Source: a virus. Taken from it: a stretch of 38,668 nucleotides of DNA. A program made the position numbers and the translations under genes. Numbering within the stretch: position 1 is the stretch's first letter; each line of letters begins with the position of its first letter. The notes under the pieces are model-generated. The model was not told the origin of the DNA, made no database searches, and saw only the letters and a program-made list of their open reading frames with translations. The stretch covers positions 1 through 38,668 of the IMG/VR virus record IMGVR_UViG_3300025536_000005. One strand, written 5' to 3'. Shown one piece after another: positions 22,422-30,173 of this stretch.

Positions 22422-22829
22422 TTAGCTCGCGGTTTTCTCGTTTGTGGGGAACTGGAAGATCTCTGCGCTCGGCGCGTCGACGGCGTACAGGCCGATGCGC
22501 TCGCGCTGCTGCTGGAACGCCATGCCACGCGCGAACGCCTCGGCGATTGCCGCTTCGTGCTCGTCGAGCGAGACGGAGAAGTTGGTGCCGCTCGGTCGGC
22601 TCGGCCCCGACCGAGCGGCGTCGTTCCGCCATGAACGATTTGTGATCAAGCGCTGGGGGGCGCTCTTGATCGCGGCTATTCCGTTGGCCGCAAGTTGACC
22701 CGCCGCGCCATGTTGGTCGTGCGCGACGGGGATTGCGCGAGACAAGGTCAGACCTCGCACGATTTTGGGGAGCGCGTGGAAAAGGCTGTAGCCGATGCCG
22801 ACGATCGCGAATGCCTCGATGGGGGTCAT
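22422..22829 (-). CDS. Hypothetical protein with N-terminal TM segment (135 aa)
   Basis: MTPIEAFAIVGIGYSLFHALPKIV. ATGA overlap upstream. Confidence 0.55.
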   Translation of the reverse strand: MTPIEAFAIVGIGYSLFHALPKIVRGLTLSRAIPVAHDQHGAAGQLAANGIAAIKSAPQRLITNRSWRNDAARSGPSRPSGTNFSVSLDEHEAAIAEAFARGMAFQQQRERIGLYAVDAPSAEIFQFPTNEKTAS

Positions 22830-23218
22830 GCTGCCTGCCTTTCGTCGGATGGTGCGCGGAAGTGACCGAGGCTTGTGATCTGCCAGAGGGTCACCTTGGA
22901 CGCGCGCTTCTTTCCTGGTTTGCGGACGGTGGCGGTCTTGCCGGTGTCGCGAATGAGCGACTGCTTGACAAGTTCGTTCGTGCGCGAGCGGACGGTCGAG
23001 GCTTCGAGTTGCGTCTCGCCTGCCAACTCACGGCGGCGGTTGACGGCCTTGCACATGTCGTCGTGCGTGAACGGCCCGAGCGTGTCGGCGATCGAGAGGA
23101 TCATGCGCTGGATTGCGTCGCGGTCGACGGTGGCCGGCGCGGCGTGTGAAGTCTCGGGGTCGGTGGCGCGAGCGACCGGCTCGTCGAGAGCGTCGAAGAG
23201 TGATGGCGCGTCGTTCAT
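22826..23218 (-). CDS. Winged-helix DNA-binding protein (130 aa)
   Basis: DPETSHAAP...ILSIADTLGPFTHDDMCKAV...VRSRTNELVKQSLIRDTGK...TLWQIT. Confidence 0.6.
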   Translation of the reverse strand: MNDAPSLFDALDEPVARATDPETSHAAPATVDRDAIQRMILSIADTLGPFTHDDMCKAVNRRRELAGETQLEASTVRSRTNELVKQSLIRDTGKTATVRKPGKKRASKVTLWQITSLGHFRAPSDERQAA

Positions 23219-23484
23219 CCGTCGACCTCCCCGAAGTGGAACGACTGCATCTGGTCGGTCAACCCTTGCGCCGCGTCGGTCAACTTCTCGTCGCGTGTGA
23301 CCTTCACGGCGGGGAACAGATTGGTGACCTCGACCTCAAGGCGCGTGTATGAATCGAGAGCGGCCTCGGCTTCGTTCATGGCGCGGATCAGCCGATCCTG
23401 TTGAACCGCGAGCGCCTCGTCGTAGAAGTATTTGGCATCGGCCAGATTCGAGTCGGTGGCCTTGGCTGTGGCGACGATGGTCAT
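23215..23484 (-). CDS. Hypothetical 89-aa helical protein
   Basis: Start MTIVATAKA in an ATGA overlap. Confidence 0.55.
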   Translation of the reverse strand: MTIVATAKATDSNLADAKYFYDEALAVQQDRLIRAMNEAEAALDSYTRLEVEVTNLFPAVKVTRDEKLTDAAQGLTDQMQSFHFGEVDG

Positions 23485-23690
23485 AACCGACCCCCGCTCT
23501 CGCGTAGGCCGAACTTGCGAGTGGCAATCTGCGCCAGCGTGGTCGGCGGGTTGCATGTGTCACACAACGTCCGACCGTCAACCTCTGACACTTCGTTTGC
23601 TCCGACCTCTTCGCCGCACTCGTCGCAGTCGATGTAGTCGGGGGCATCGTCGAGGAACGGCATCGCAACGCCTTCGGGGAAGTTGCTCAT
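23481..23690 (-). CDS. Zn-ribbon protein (69 aa; CDECG ... CDTCN)
   Basis: Start MSNFPEGV at 23690 in an ATGA overlap with the RHH gene stop. Confidence 0.6.
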   Translation of the reverse strand: MSNFPEGVAMPFLDDAPDYIDCDECGEEVGANEVSEVDGRTLCDTCNPPTTLAQIATRKFGLRESGGRL

Positions 23691-23890
23691 GCTGCCTTCC
23701 CCTGTGCTGCGGCTTCGGCCTCGGCGGCTTGCTCGGCGGCGATCCACTCGCGGACGACACGCTGGCCCTGCTTGCCCGGTGTGCGATCGTGCCGCTCGCG
23801 GGAAAGCCGTGTGAACTCGGCGTGCTCGGTCTCGGTGAGCGAGACTGTCAACGTCCGTGTCCGTGTGATTGCTGATTCCGTGGTGTGCAT
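23687..23890 (-). CDS. Ribbon-helix-helix (CopG/Arc-like) protein, first early gene (Cro-like position)
   Basis: TLTVSLTETEHAEFTRLSRERHDRTPGKQGQRVVREWI. Divergent from the repressor gene. Confidence 0.55.
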   Translation of the reverse strand: MHTTESAITRTRTLTVSLTETEHAEFTRLSRERHDRTPGKQGQRVVREWIAAEQAAEAEAAAQGKAA

Positions 23891-23897
23891 GTTTTAC

Positions 23898-23926
23898 ATA
23901 GTACAGGATGCTCGGACGTTTGTCAA
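23898..23926 (-). promoter_or_regulatory. Early (lytic) promoter, apparently leaderless
   Basis: The minus strand reads TTGACA-17 nt-TACTAT, then 7 nt to the ATG at 23890. Confidence 0.6.
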
Positions 23927-23963
23927 GTGTTTTTTCAACATAGTTTAGAAAACCCTGCAAAAG

Positions 23964-23992
23964 TTGCACATTCTGGGAATCGGGTTTACGCT
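23964..23992 (+). promoter_or_regulatory. Repressor promoter, apparently leaderless
   Basis: TTGCAC-17 nt-TACGCT, then 8 nt to the ATG at 24001. The TGCAA-N3-TTGCA inverted repeat at 23956-23968 overlaps the -35. Confidence 0.5.
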
Positions 23993-24000
23993 GGTCACCC

Positions 24001-24357
24001 ATGGAAGACGACCCGAGACAATGGATCGCGCACGTCTGCCGTACGGCGCGCGAAGAGTGCGGCGTAGGCCGCGCTGAGATCGCCACGCAAGTCGGCCGGC
24101 AGTCTGACGCCGTGCGCAACTTCGAAACCCAGCGCGGCAAGTGGTCGCCGATCACCGGCCAGATGGTCGCCGCCTACGCCGAGCTGACCGGCATCCCAGC
24201 ATGGGAGCTATGGCAAATGGCTATCGATCGTTGGAAGGCGTCACAAGCCGAAGACCAGGACGACGATCAGGCTCATCTTCCTCCGGGTCGCCGTCCAAGT
24301 CCACCGCCAGCGCCACGAAGTAGTCGCGCCAAGGATCGCCAACAGGCAGGGTCGTGA
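24001..24357 (+). CDS. XRE-family HTH repressor (CI-like)
   Basis: GVGRAEIATQVGRQSDAVRNFETQRG is the HTH. Beyond about codon 95 the frame becomes GC3-poor and Pro/Arg-rich. Confidence 0.75.
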   Translation: MEDDPRQWIAHVCRTAREECGVGRAEIATQVGRQSDAVRNFETQRGKWSPITGQMVAAYAELTGIPAWELWQMAIDRWKASQAEDQDDDQAHLPPGRRPSPPPAPRSSRAKDRQQAGS

Positions 24358-24415
24358 TGCGGTATCGCACCGTCGCGAGTACGTCTTCAATTGCCTCCCG
24401 CTGGCGACGCGGCAC
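24221..24415 (-). CDS. Small acidic protein (64 aa from GTG 24415), convergent with and overlapping the repressor 3' end
   Basis: GGGGGAGG SD 6 nt upstream of the GTG. GC3 is high through VPRRQREAIEDVLATVRYRITTLPVGDPWRDYFVALAVDLDGDPEEDEPD. Confidence 0.4.
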   Translation of the reverse strand: MPRRQREAIEDVLATVRYRITTLPVGDPWRDYFVALAVDLDGDPEEDEPDRRPGLRLVTPSNDR

Positions 24416-24460
24416 GGTTGACCTCCCCCGTGTGAGCACATTTGCGCGGCCGTCCGATTA

Positions 24461-24485
24461 GGAACCTATAGGTTCCGTTTTGTTA
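24461..24485 (+). terminator. Perfect 16-bp palindrome GGAACCTATAGGTTCC followed by GTTTTGTTA: terminator of the repressor transcript and/or an operator
   Basis: 6-bp stem, UAUA loop and a U-rich tail on the plus strand. Confidence 0.45.
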
Positions 24486-24497
24486 CGCGCGGGTAGG

Positions 24498-24526
24498 TTG
24501 AAAAACGGTTGCGACGGGTGTACGGT
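24498..24526 (+). promoter_or_regulatory. Promoter of the moron gene, apparently leaderless
   Basis: TTGAAA-17 nt-TACGGT, then 6 nt to the ATG at 24533. Confidence 0.45.
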
Positions 24527-24532
24527 GGCGGC

Positions 24533-25012
24533 ATGAGGTACCTGGTTGCAGCGATCGCCGTTCTCGCACTCGCCCCGTCGTCGGCCGGCGCAGTCGAGTT
24601 AGTCAACCCCGACGGGTCTCGCGCGGAGCCTTACCAGACGTGGGCGAACTCGGCACGGGTGCCGCTGCCAGCCGGTCGCTTCGTTGTTCATCGCGACACG
24701 AGCATCTGCGGCTACGCCGTCGACCCATCGGGATGCGCGCATCCGGACGGTTGGATCGCAATTGCCCGTGACACGTATCCGATGGAACCCAGGCACACCT
24801 TCCTCCACGAGCTCGGGCACCACTTCATCTTTCAGGGGCCGGAGTGGAAGCGGGCTTGGTTCAAGACCGTCTTCCCAGACACGTACGGCGACGAGCGATT
24901 CGCCAACGTCTACGCCGAGTGCGCGGTGTCGCCATATCGCCCGCGACCAGCAACTAGCGCCTACAAAAGCCGCTCGTTCTATCGCCGTCTCTGCCGGATC
25001 ATCGCGGCATAA
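24533..25012 (+). CDS. Secreted HExxH protein (putative Zn-metallopeptidase), moron
   Basis: Signal peptide MRYLVAAIAVLALAPSSAGA, with HTFLHELGHHF (HExxH). On the plus strand between the terminators. The track start at TTG 24509 is less likely. Confidence 0.6.
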   Translation: MRYLVAAIAVLALAPSSAGAVELVNPDGSRAEPYQTWANSARVPLPAGRFVVHRDTSICGYAVDPSGCAHPDGWIAIARDTYPMEPRHTFLHELGHHFIFQGPEWKRAWFKTVFPDTYGDERFANVYAECAVSPYRPRPATSAYKSRSFYRRLCRIIAA

Positions 25013-25044
25013 AAAACGCCCCCGACCAGTCGGCCGAGGGCGTT
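25010..25044 (-). terminator. Intrinsic terminator of the late/lysis operon
   Basis: The minus-strand RNA AACGCCCUCGGCC-GACU-GGUCGGGGGCGUU forms an ~11-13 bp stem including two G-U pairs, followed by a U-run (6 U's counting the two stem-terminal U's). On the plus strand the wobbles become C-A mismatches. Confidence 0.7.
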
Positions 25045-25069
25045 CAATCAACGGGTACTGCGTGAGCGT

Positions 25070-25294
25070 TCAGAGTACCGCCTGCGACAGATGTCCACCG
25101 AGCAACAGCGCGAGCAGGCACCACGGCAGGGTCGACGGCATCCGAATCACCGTGCTCTGCGGTTTCGCTGCGGTTTTGCCGCGACGAACGTCCGAGGCGT
25201 AGGCGCGGCAGGCGTCCGAATGGTAGAGGGCGTTAGGACGCCGCCCCTCCATCGACTCGCCGCAGCCGCATGCGCATACTCGATCAGCGAACAT
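25070..25294 (-). CDS. Tail-anchored Cys-rich protein (74 aa), last gene of the lysis cassette
   Basis: CACGCGESMEGRRPNALYHSDACRAYA zinc-finger-like N-terminus and a C-terminal TM LPWCLLALLLGG. Confidence 0.55.
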   Translation of the reverse strand: MFADRVCACGCGESMEGRRPNALYHSDACRAYASDVRRGKTAAKPQSTVIRMPSTLPWCLLALLLGGHLSQAVL

Positions 25295-25490
25295 CGCCCG
25301 TGATCTCGTCGTTGGGCGTGCCGACCTCGAGCTGCGTGGTGCGCGGCGTGAAGTAGGACACGATTGTCGTCAGCACGCCGACGATCGCAACCGCCACTTC
25401 TGCGGGGATCTCGACACCGAGCTTGAGCGCGCCCCACACGAGGATGGTCGTCAGCGCTGCGGTCAATCCGGTCGGGTGTTGGGTAGCCAT
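25284..25490 (-). CDS. Holin-like protein (68 aa, two TM segments)
   Basis: LTAALTTILVWGALKLG and AVAIVGVLTTIVSYF. AAAGGAG SD. Directly downstream of the endolysin. Confidence 0.55.
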   Translation of the reverse strand: MATQHPTGLTAALTTILVWGALKLGVEIPAEVAVAIVGVLTTIVSYFTPRTTQLEVGTPNDEITGDVR

Positions 25491-25501
25491 ACTGGCTCCT
25501 T

Positions 25502-26152
25502 TCAGTTCGGGTAGTCAGGCACGGCGATCCCGTGAACCTGCGAATAGGGGCGGAAGCGCCGGTAGACGCCGCCGCCGTTGGACTGCGAGCCGCCGCCGCC
25601 CTCGGGCGAGGTGTTGCCGCCGTAGGTGATGTAGCCACCGGCGACGCGCTTGGCGATCAGCTCAACGTGTACGCCTCGGGCGAAGAGAACGGCGACGTCG
25701 CCGGCGCGACCTTCGCGTGGCCCGCGCCAGAGCTTGAAGCCGTTGCGACCGGCCTTCGCGTCATCTTCGATGTTGGCGACCGACGCGACGCGGTGAGTGA
25801 CGGCGACCCCCGCGTACGCCAGCGCGCGGCCGACGAACACGCCGCACCACGCGAGGCCCACGAGCCAAGCGCCGAAGAACTTTTGCCAGATCGTGATGTT
25901 GCCGCCGCGGTTGGAACCCGGCGGGCTCTCGACGGTGCCGACCTGCGCAGCCGCCCAGCGGCGAGCGATCGTTCGCGGGTCGCGCGATCGGGCAAGCGCC
26001 TGGCGCAGTCGCGCGAGCGTTCCGCGCTGACGGGCGAGCAGACGGCGAAGCCGAGGCGCGCGGCGCCCGGCCTTCGCGTGTGAGATCACGCGCGATCGAG
26101 TCTTGGCTACGCGAGACTCTTGATCGCTGACGCGACGCTTGAGGGATGGCAT
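25502..26152 (-). CDS. Endolysin, CHAP/NlpC-P60-like peptidase with a basic coiled-coil N-terminal extension
   Basis: ESPPGSNRGGNITIWQKFFG...LAWCGVFVGRAL...GDVAVLFARGVHVELI...YGGNTS (Cys/His catalytic pattern). GGAGG SD. Confidence 0.7.
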   Translation of the reverse strand: MPSLKRRVSDQESRVAKTRSRVISHAKAGRRAPRLRRLLARQRGTLARLRQALARSRDPRTIARRWAAAQVGTVESPPGSNRGGNITIWQKFFGAWLVGLAWCGVFVGRALAYAGVAVTHRVASVANIEDDAKAGRNGFKLWRGPREGRAGDVAVLFARGVHVELIAKRVAGGYITYGGNTSPEGGGGSQSNGGGVYRRFRPYSQVHGIAVPDYPN

Positions 26153-26182
26153 GTGGACCTCCGGTGGGGTTGATGGTGCGGG

Positions 26183-26413
26183 TCAGAACAGAAACTTGAG
26201 TACCGCCGAGACCGGCTTCACAGGGTCGCTCGGCAGTTGCGCCACACTCGACGGGACGAATCGCAGCGCCGTGATGTAGAGCCCGAGCGCAGGGAATCCG
26301 TACTTGCAGATCGTCTCCACCTTCGCCATGCGTTCACGCAGGTCACCGATCGGATCGCCCTGCGCCTCCTGCGCTCTTTGCTGCTTTGGGTTCACGCGAC
26401 GGACTCCTTGCAT
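26183..26413 (-). CDS. Hypothetical 76-aa protein with one hydrophobic segment (possible holin-like/lysis accessory)
   Basis: YGFPALGLYITALRFV. AAGAGGG SD. Lies between the tail and lysin genes. Confidence 0.45.
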   Translation of the reverse strand: MQGVRRVNPKQQRAQEAQGDPIGDLRERMAKVETICKYGFPALGLYITALRFVPSSVAQLPSDPVKPVSAVLKFLF

Positions 26414-26514
26414 AGACGCCCTCTTTCAGCGATACTGCGGTTTGTCATCGACGGCCCTTTCGTCGGTGGCTTGTGCCCGTCCTCGATGTTTCACGCATCG
26501 GGGGCGGGCCTTGA

Positions 26515-28119
26515 CTACCGAACGCGGCGGGTGCGGCGTTCGGTGATTACTTGATCGAGCAAAGCGTCTGCGTCCTGTGATTCGCCGTCGACCGTGACCG
26601 TGGCGATCTTCGTGTTGCCGTCGTACTGCATCTCGTGTACGAGCAGCGGCACTCCGGTCGGATTGCCCTCTTCGTCTTCGACGAGAATCGTGTCGCCGTC
26701 CTTGATTTTGAAGGCTTGGTGCCAGTTGCCGGCGTAGTCGCGGACGTGCCCGCGGATCGTGATCTTGCCGGGGCGGCGGCGACGGTTGAGGCGCGCAAGC
26801 ACCAGCTCGCCGTAGCGAATCGCGCCCTCTTCGCTGTCGGGGTCGGGAAGTTGGATCGGCTCCCAGTCGTCGATGCCGTGGCGGTTGGCGGGGATCGCGG
26901 GGTCGTCGTCCGCTAGGCGGGGCTCGTCGTCAGGCGTGATGATCGTCGAGCGCCCCGTGGAGACGTTCTGGTACGAGACGATTACCCCGTTGACGACCCG
27001 TTCGGTGGCCGGGCCGGCGTACCGCACGCGCACGCCCTTCTCGTCGAGTCGCACGCGCCAGACGACGGTCTCGGTGTCGAAGTCCTCGAACGTGAGGATG
27101 CGGCCAGGACGCACGGCGAGATTGCGGCCCTCGTACTTGTTGAGCCGCAGCCAGAAGTCGTAGGGGTCGATCAGTCCGAACTCGACGGCGTGCTCGACGA
27201 TGTGTGTCGACGGCGTGAGGTTCGAGGCGTCGAGCAGCGGGGCGTAGAGGGCGGCGCTGTGGGCGATCATGTCGGAAGCGAGGAATCCGTCGCCCTGGTT
27301 GGTCAAGCCGTGGTCGCCGATCGTTGCGGCCTTGGTCAGGTAGCGCTTGGCCCCGTCGCTTGGAGTCGTGCCGGTCGTATTCGCGCAGAGGGCGGTCGCG
27401 ATGAACGCTCGCGCGACGGATGCGGTAGCCGTTCGATCGGTGCTGTCGAGCGTCGCCGACTCGCGCTCGAACGTGCCGGTGCCGGTGGTCAGGTCTGCGA
27501 CCACGTCGGCGAAGTCGAATCGCGCTGCTTCATAGCCGCCAGGAATGTTCACGTTTGCGCCCTTGTATTCGACGCTGACCGCCTTGGCGCCGGGTGGCGC
27601 GATGTAAACCAACTCAGCGATCGCAGAGCCGTCGACCGCGCTGCTCGGCAAGGTGAAGGTCAGCGCATCAGGGCCGACGTTCGCCCCTATCGCCTGCGTG
27701 TCAAAGGTCGACCGAAGTTTGCGCAGCTCTTCAAGAGCCTGCCAATGGGTCAGGTCTGCGTCGCGGTAGAGGAACGGCGACATCGGCCGATCTCGTGCGT
27801 GACTCATCCACGAGCCAGCCTGTACGCCGATCCGGTGCCGTTCCGCGTCGACGTCGTGCGCGAGCTGCGCGACGCGCGCCTCCCAGACAACCTCACCGGC
27901 GAGTGTCACATACCGCAGCGTGTCGTAGAGGCCGAGATCCGGCCAGTCGCCGGGTTTGCGGGCAAGCACGCATCCGCCCTGCGCGCATCCCTCCATGATC
28001 TTGTGACCGAACTTCATGTCCATCGGTCGGTCGCCGGCGTTGCGCGCGTCTGCGTCCCACCTGTAGGTTCGGCCTTCGGCGGTCTCGATCTCTGCGTGGA
28101 GTTCGAGCGGCGGCCTCAT
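26515..28119 (-). CDS. Tail tip / tail-associated (Tal-like) minor tail protein
   Basis: 534 aa, second gene after the tape measure. ATGA overlap with the upstream gene. Confidence 0.55.
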   Translation of the reverse strand: MRPPLELHAEIETAEGRTYRWDADARNAGDRPMDMKFGHKIMEGCAQGGCVLARKPGDWPDLGLYDTLRYVTLAGEVVWEARVAQLAHDVDAERHRIGVQAGSWMSHARDRPMSPFLYRDADLTHWQALEELRKLRSTFDTQAIGANVGPDALTFTLPSSAVDGSAIAELVYIAPPGAKAVSVEYKGANVNIPGGYEAARFDFADVVADLTTGTGTFERESATLDSTDRTATASVARAFIATALCANTTGTTPSDGAKRYLTKAATIGDHGLTNQGDGFLASDMIAHSAALYAPLLDASNLTPSTHIVEHAVEFGLIDPYDFWLRLNKYEGRNLAVRPGRILTFEDFDTETVVWRVRLDEKGVRVRYAGPATERVVNGVIVSYQNVSTGRSTIITPDDEPRLADDDPAIPANRHGIDDWEPIQLPDPDSEEGAIRYGELVLARLNRRRRPGKITIRGHVRDYAGNWHQAFKIKDGDTILVEDEEGNPTGVPLLVHEMQYDGNTKIATVTVDGESQDADALLDQVITERRTRRVR

Positions 28120-30164
28120 GTTGTGCCGATGGGGTTGCGGTAGCGGGGGCGGTAGCGGATCGACATCTCGTGCTCGTCGTCGACCACGTTGTCATCTGCC
28201 AGCACCAGGTCACGCCGGCGCAGCTTGGAGACGACCCGAGTGACGGCTGACTGGTCGCCCGCTGGGGGAATGAAGAGCCGCGAGCCACGTACGTTGTCGG
28301 GCTCGCCCAAGAATGTCCCGGTCGGGTCGTAGCGCTCGACGCGATCGTGCGAGATGATGGCCGACTGGTCGGCGAAACAAACCGCGCCCATCGGTTCGAT
28401 CGCGTATCCAGCGAGGCCGTCATATTGACGGGTGCCGGCCGACGCACCAGATTGCTCGTCATAGACGCCGACCGACCCGGATGCGAGTCCGCCGCCCGAT
28501 GCGAAGACAGAGTTGCGGAAGTCTAGGTCGGCGTACTCTGGCGGGAGCAGGTCACCAGCGGAGTCGTACACGTTGACGAAGTATTCGCCGGTTTCGTAGA
28601 CCTCGATCTCGATGCGCAGCGCATCCCCATAGTGCGTCACGGTGAGCGCGCTGGCCGCGGAGGTTACATTCGACCAAGATCCGGCGAGCTTGCGGCGGAT
28701 TTTCAGCCTCCGCACACCCGCCGCGTTTTCAATCCCGACGACGGCGAAGTTTGAAATGTCGCTGTACCGAAATATCGCCCCTCGGAAGAAGTCGGTGTTG
28801 GTCGTGTAGGGCAACAACGTGAGCGCAACGAACGTGTTAACGATTGCGGGGCCGGAGGTCAACGCGCGCCCGGCACCTGCCGAGTCCGACGTTGCCGCGC
28901 GTTGCACCCGATCATTCGTCGTGTCGATCGTGAAGTCATCGGTATCGCCTGCCCCCACGTATGCGGAACCGACGTCCGGCGACTTGCCGGTCGCGTTACC
29001 AGCCGACTGCGTGTAGCCGTCCTCAACGGCAACTGCGATGGTGGTTGGGGCGACCCTCGGTGAGCGGATGCGGATCAGTCGCTCCGCTGGCATCACCTCG
29101 GCATAGTCCATCTCGACGGCTTCGGTTCCGGTCGTGGTGCGAACCTGGAAGATCGCCTCCCATCGCTGCGTTCCGGCTGACGCCTCTTCGATCGTGACGG
29201 TTCCGAAGTCCACCTGGACCCAGTCATAACCGAGCGCTACGCCCGGTTGATCAATCCAATCGCCATACGTGAACTTGCCGTCGCCCACGCGCCATGCCAT
29301 GCGCCATTGGACGTCGCTTCCGTCAACAGCGTAAACCCGCGCTGCTACTCGCTTGGTTCCGACGTGGTCTGCACCGGAGGTTCCGCAGATCGTTTGGACT
29401 GACGTACTCGCGGTGAGCGCCGCCACATTCGCCGAGTATTTTCCTGCCGCGCCGCTTCCAGAAGACGTCCCGCTGAACCCGGTCACGGAAAGCCCGGACG
29501 CAAGATTGAGGATCACGCTCGATGGTGAGTCCGGGTCGTATCCGTACTGCTCGACCCCGACCTCGCAATAGCGACGAGCCACGCTCTCGACTTCGGTGAC
29601 CGTCATCTCCCCTTCGGCATCCACGTCGCCGGGCACGTCCTCGAGCTCGGCCTCAAGAATTGGATCGGTGCCGCTGACCACGACGGGCGTCGACCAGTCG
29701 CCGTAGAAGAACGGTCGGCAGATCATCGTCACGACCACGATCGGCGACTTGTGATACCAGCCGACGTCCGCCCCCGACATCTCCTGCGGCACCTCGGCGA
29801 TCTCGCCCTCGAGCAGAAAGAAGTACGACCGCTCCGACGCACCCTCGGGTCGCCACGCGCACTCAAGCCCCTCCGACCCGCGCTTAGCCGCGTCGTCGAT
29901 CTTCTGCTGCAAGCGGTGGAGTTGATCGAGGGCCGCGTCCATCGAGGCACCGTCGTCGATGCGCAGGCGTAGCGCCATGTTCATGGTGTCGGCCTTCGCC
30001 ACACCCAGCGGCACGGCCCCGTCAGAATCCTCCGCGGAGACCAGGTCGATGCGCTTGCGGGCAGGTCGGTAGTCGAGCCCCGCGAACATATACGGACCCC
30101 AAGTCACGTCGATCGGGTTCTCGTCGTTGACTCCGAAGATGAACTCAAGTGGTCGGTCGCTCAT
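28116..30164 (-). CDS. Distal tail (Dit-like) minor tail protein with a long C-terminal extension
   Basis: 682 aa immediately after the tape measure. The N-terminus MSDRPLEFIFGVNDENPIDVTWGPYMF is typical of siphovirus tail proteins. Confidence 0.55.
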   Translation of the reverse strand: MSDRPLEFIFGVNDENPIDVTWGPYMFAGLDYRPARKRIDLVSAEDSDGAVPLGVAKADTMNMALRLRIDDGASMDAALDQLHRLQQKIDDAAKRGSEGLECAWRPEGASERSYFFLLEGEIAEVPQEMSGADVGWYHKSPIVVVTMICRPFFYGDWSTPVVVSGTDPILEAELEDVPGDVDAEGEMTVTEVESVARRYCEVGVEQYGYDPDSPSSVILNLASGLSVTGFSGTSSGSGAAGKYSANVAALTASTSVQTICGTSGADHVGTKRVAARVYAVDGSDVQWRMAWRVGDGKFTYGDWIDQPGVALGYDWVQVDFGTVTIEEASAGTQRWEAIFQVRTTTGTEAVEMDYAEVMPAERLIRIRSPRVAPTTIAVAVEDGYTQSAGNATGKSPDVGSAYVGAGDTDDFTIDTTNDRVQRAATSDSAGAGRALTSGPAIVNTFVALTLLPYTTNTDFFRGAIFRYSDISNFAVVGIENAAGVRRLKIRRKLAGSWSNVTSAASALTVTHYGDALRIEIEVYETGEYFVNVYDSAGDLLPPEYADLDFRNSVFASGGGLASGSVGVYDEQSGASAGTRQYDGLAGYAIEPMGAVCFADQSAIISHDRVERYDPTGTFLGEPDNVRGSRLFIPPAGDQSAVTRVVSKLRRRDLVLADDNVVDDEHEMSIRYRPRYRNPIGTT

Positions 30165-30173
30165 CGTCTCTCC

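Noticed and set aside
23915-23927. Similarity of GACGTTTGTCAAG to the mycobacteriophage L5 stoperator (GGTGGMTGTCAAG)
   Set aside because: The shared TGTCAAG is simply the complement of the -35 TTGACA. The 5' half differs, and I found no further copies dispersed through the genome.
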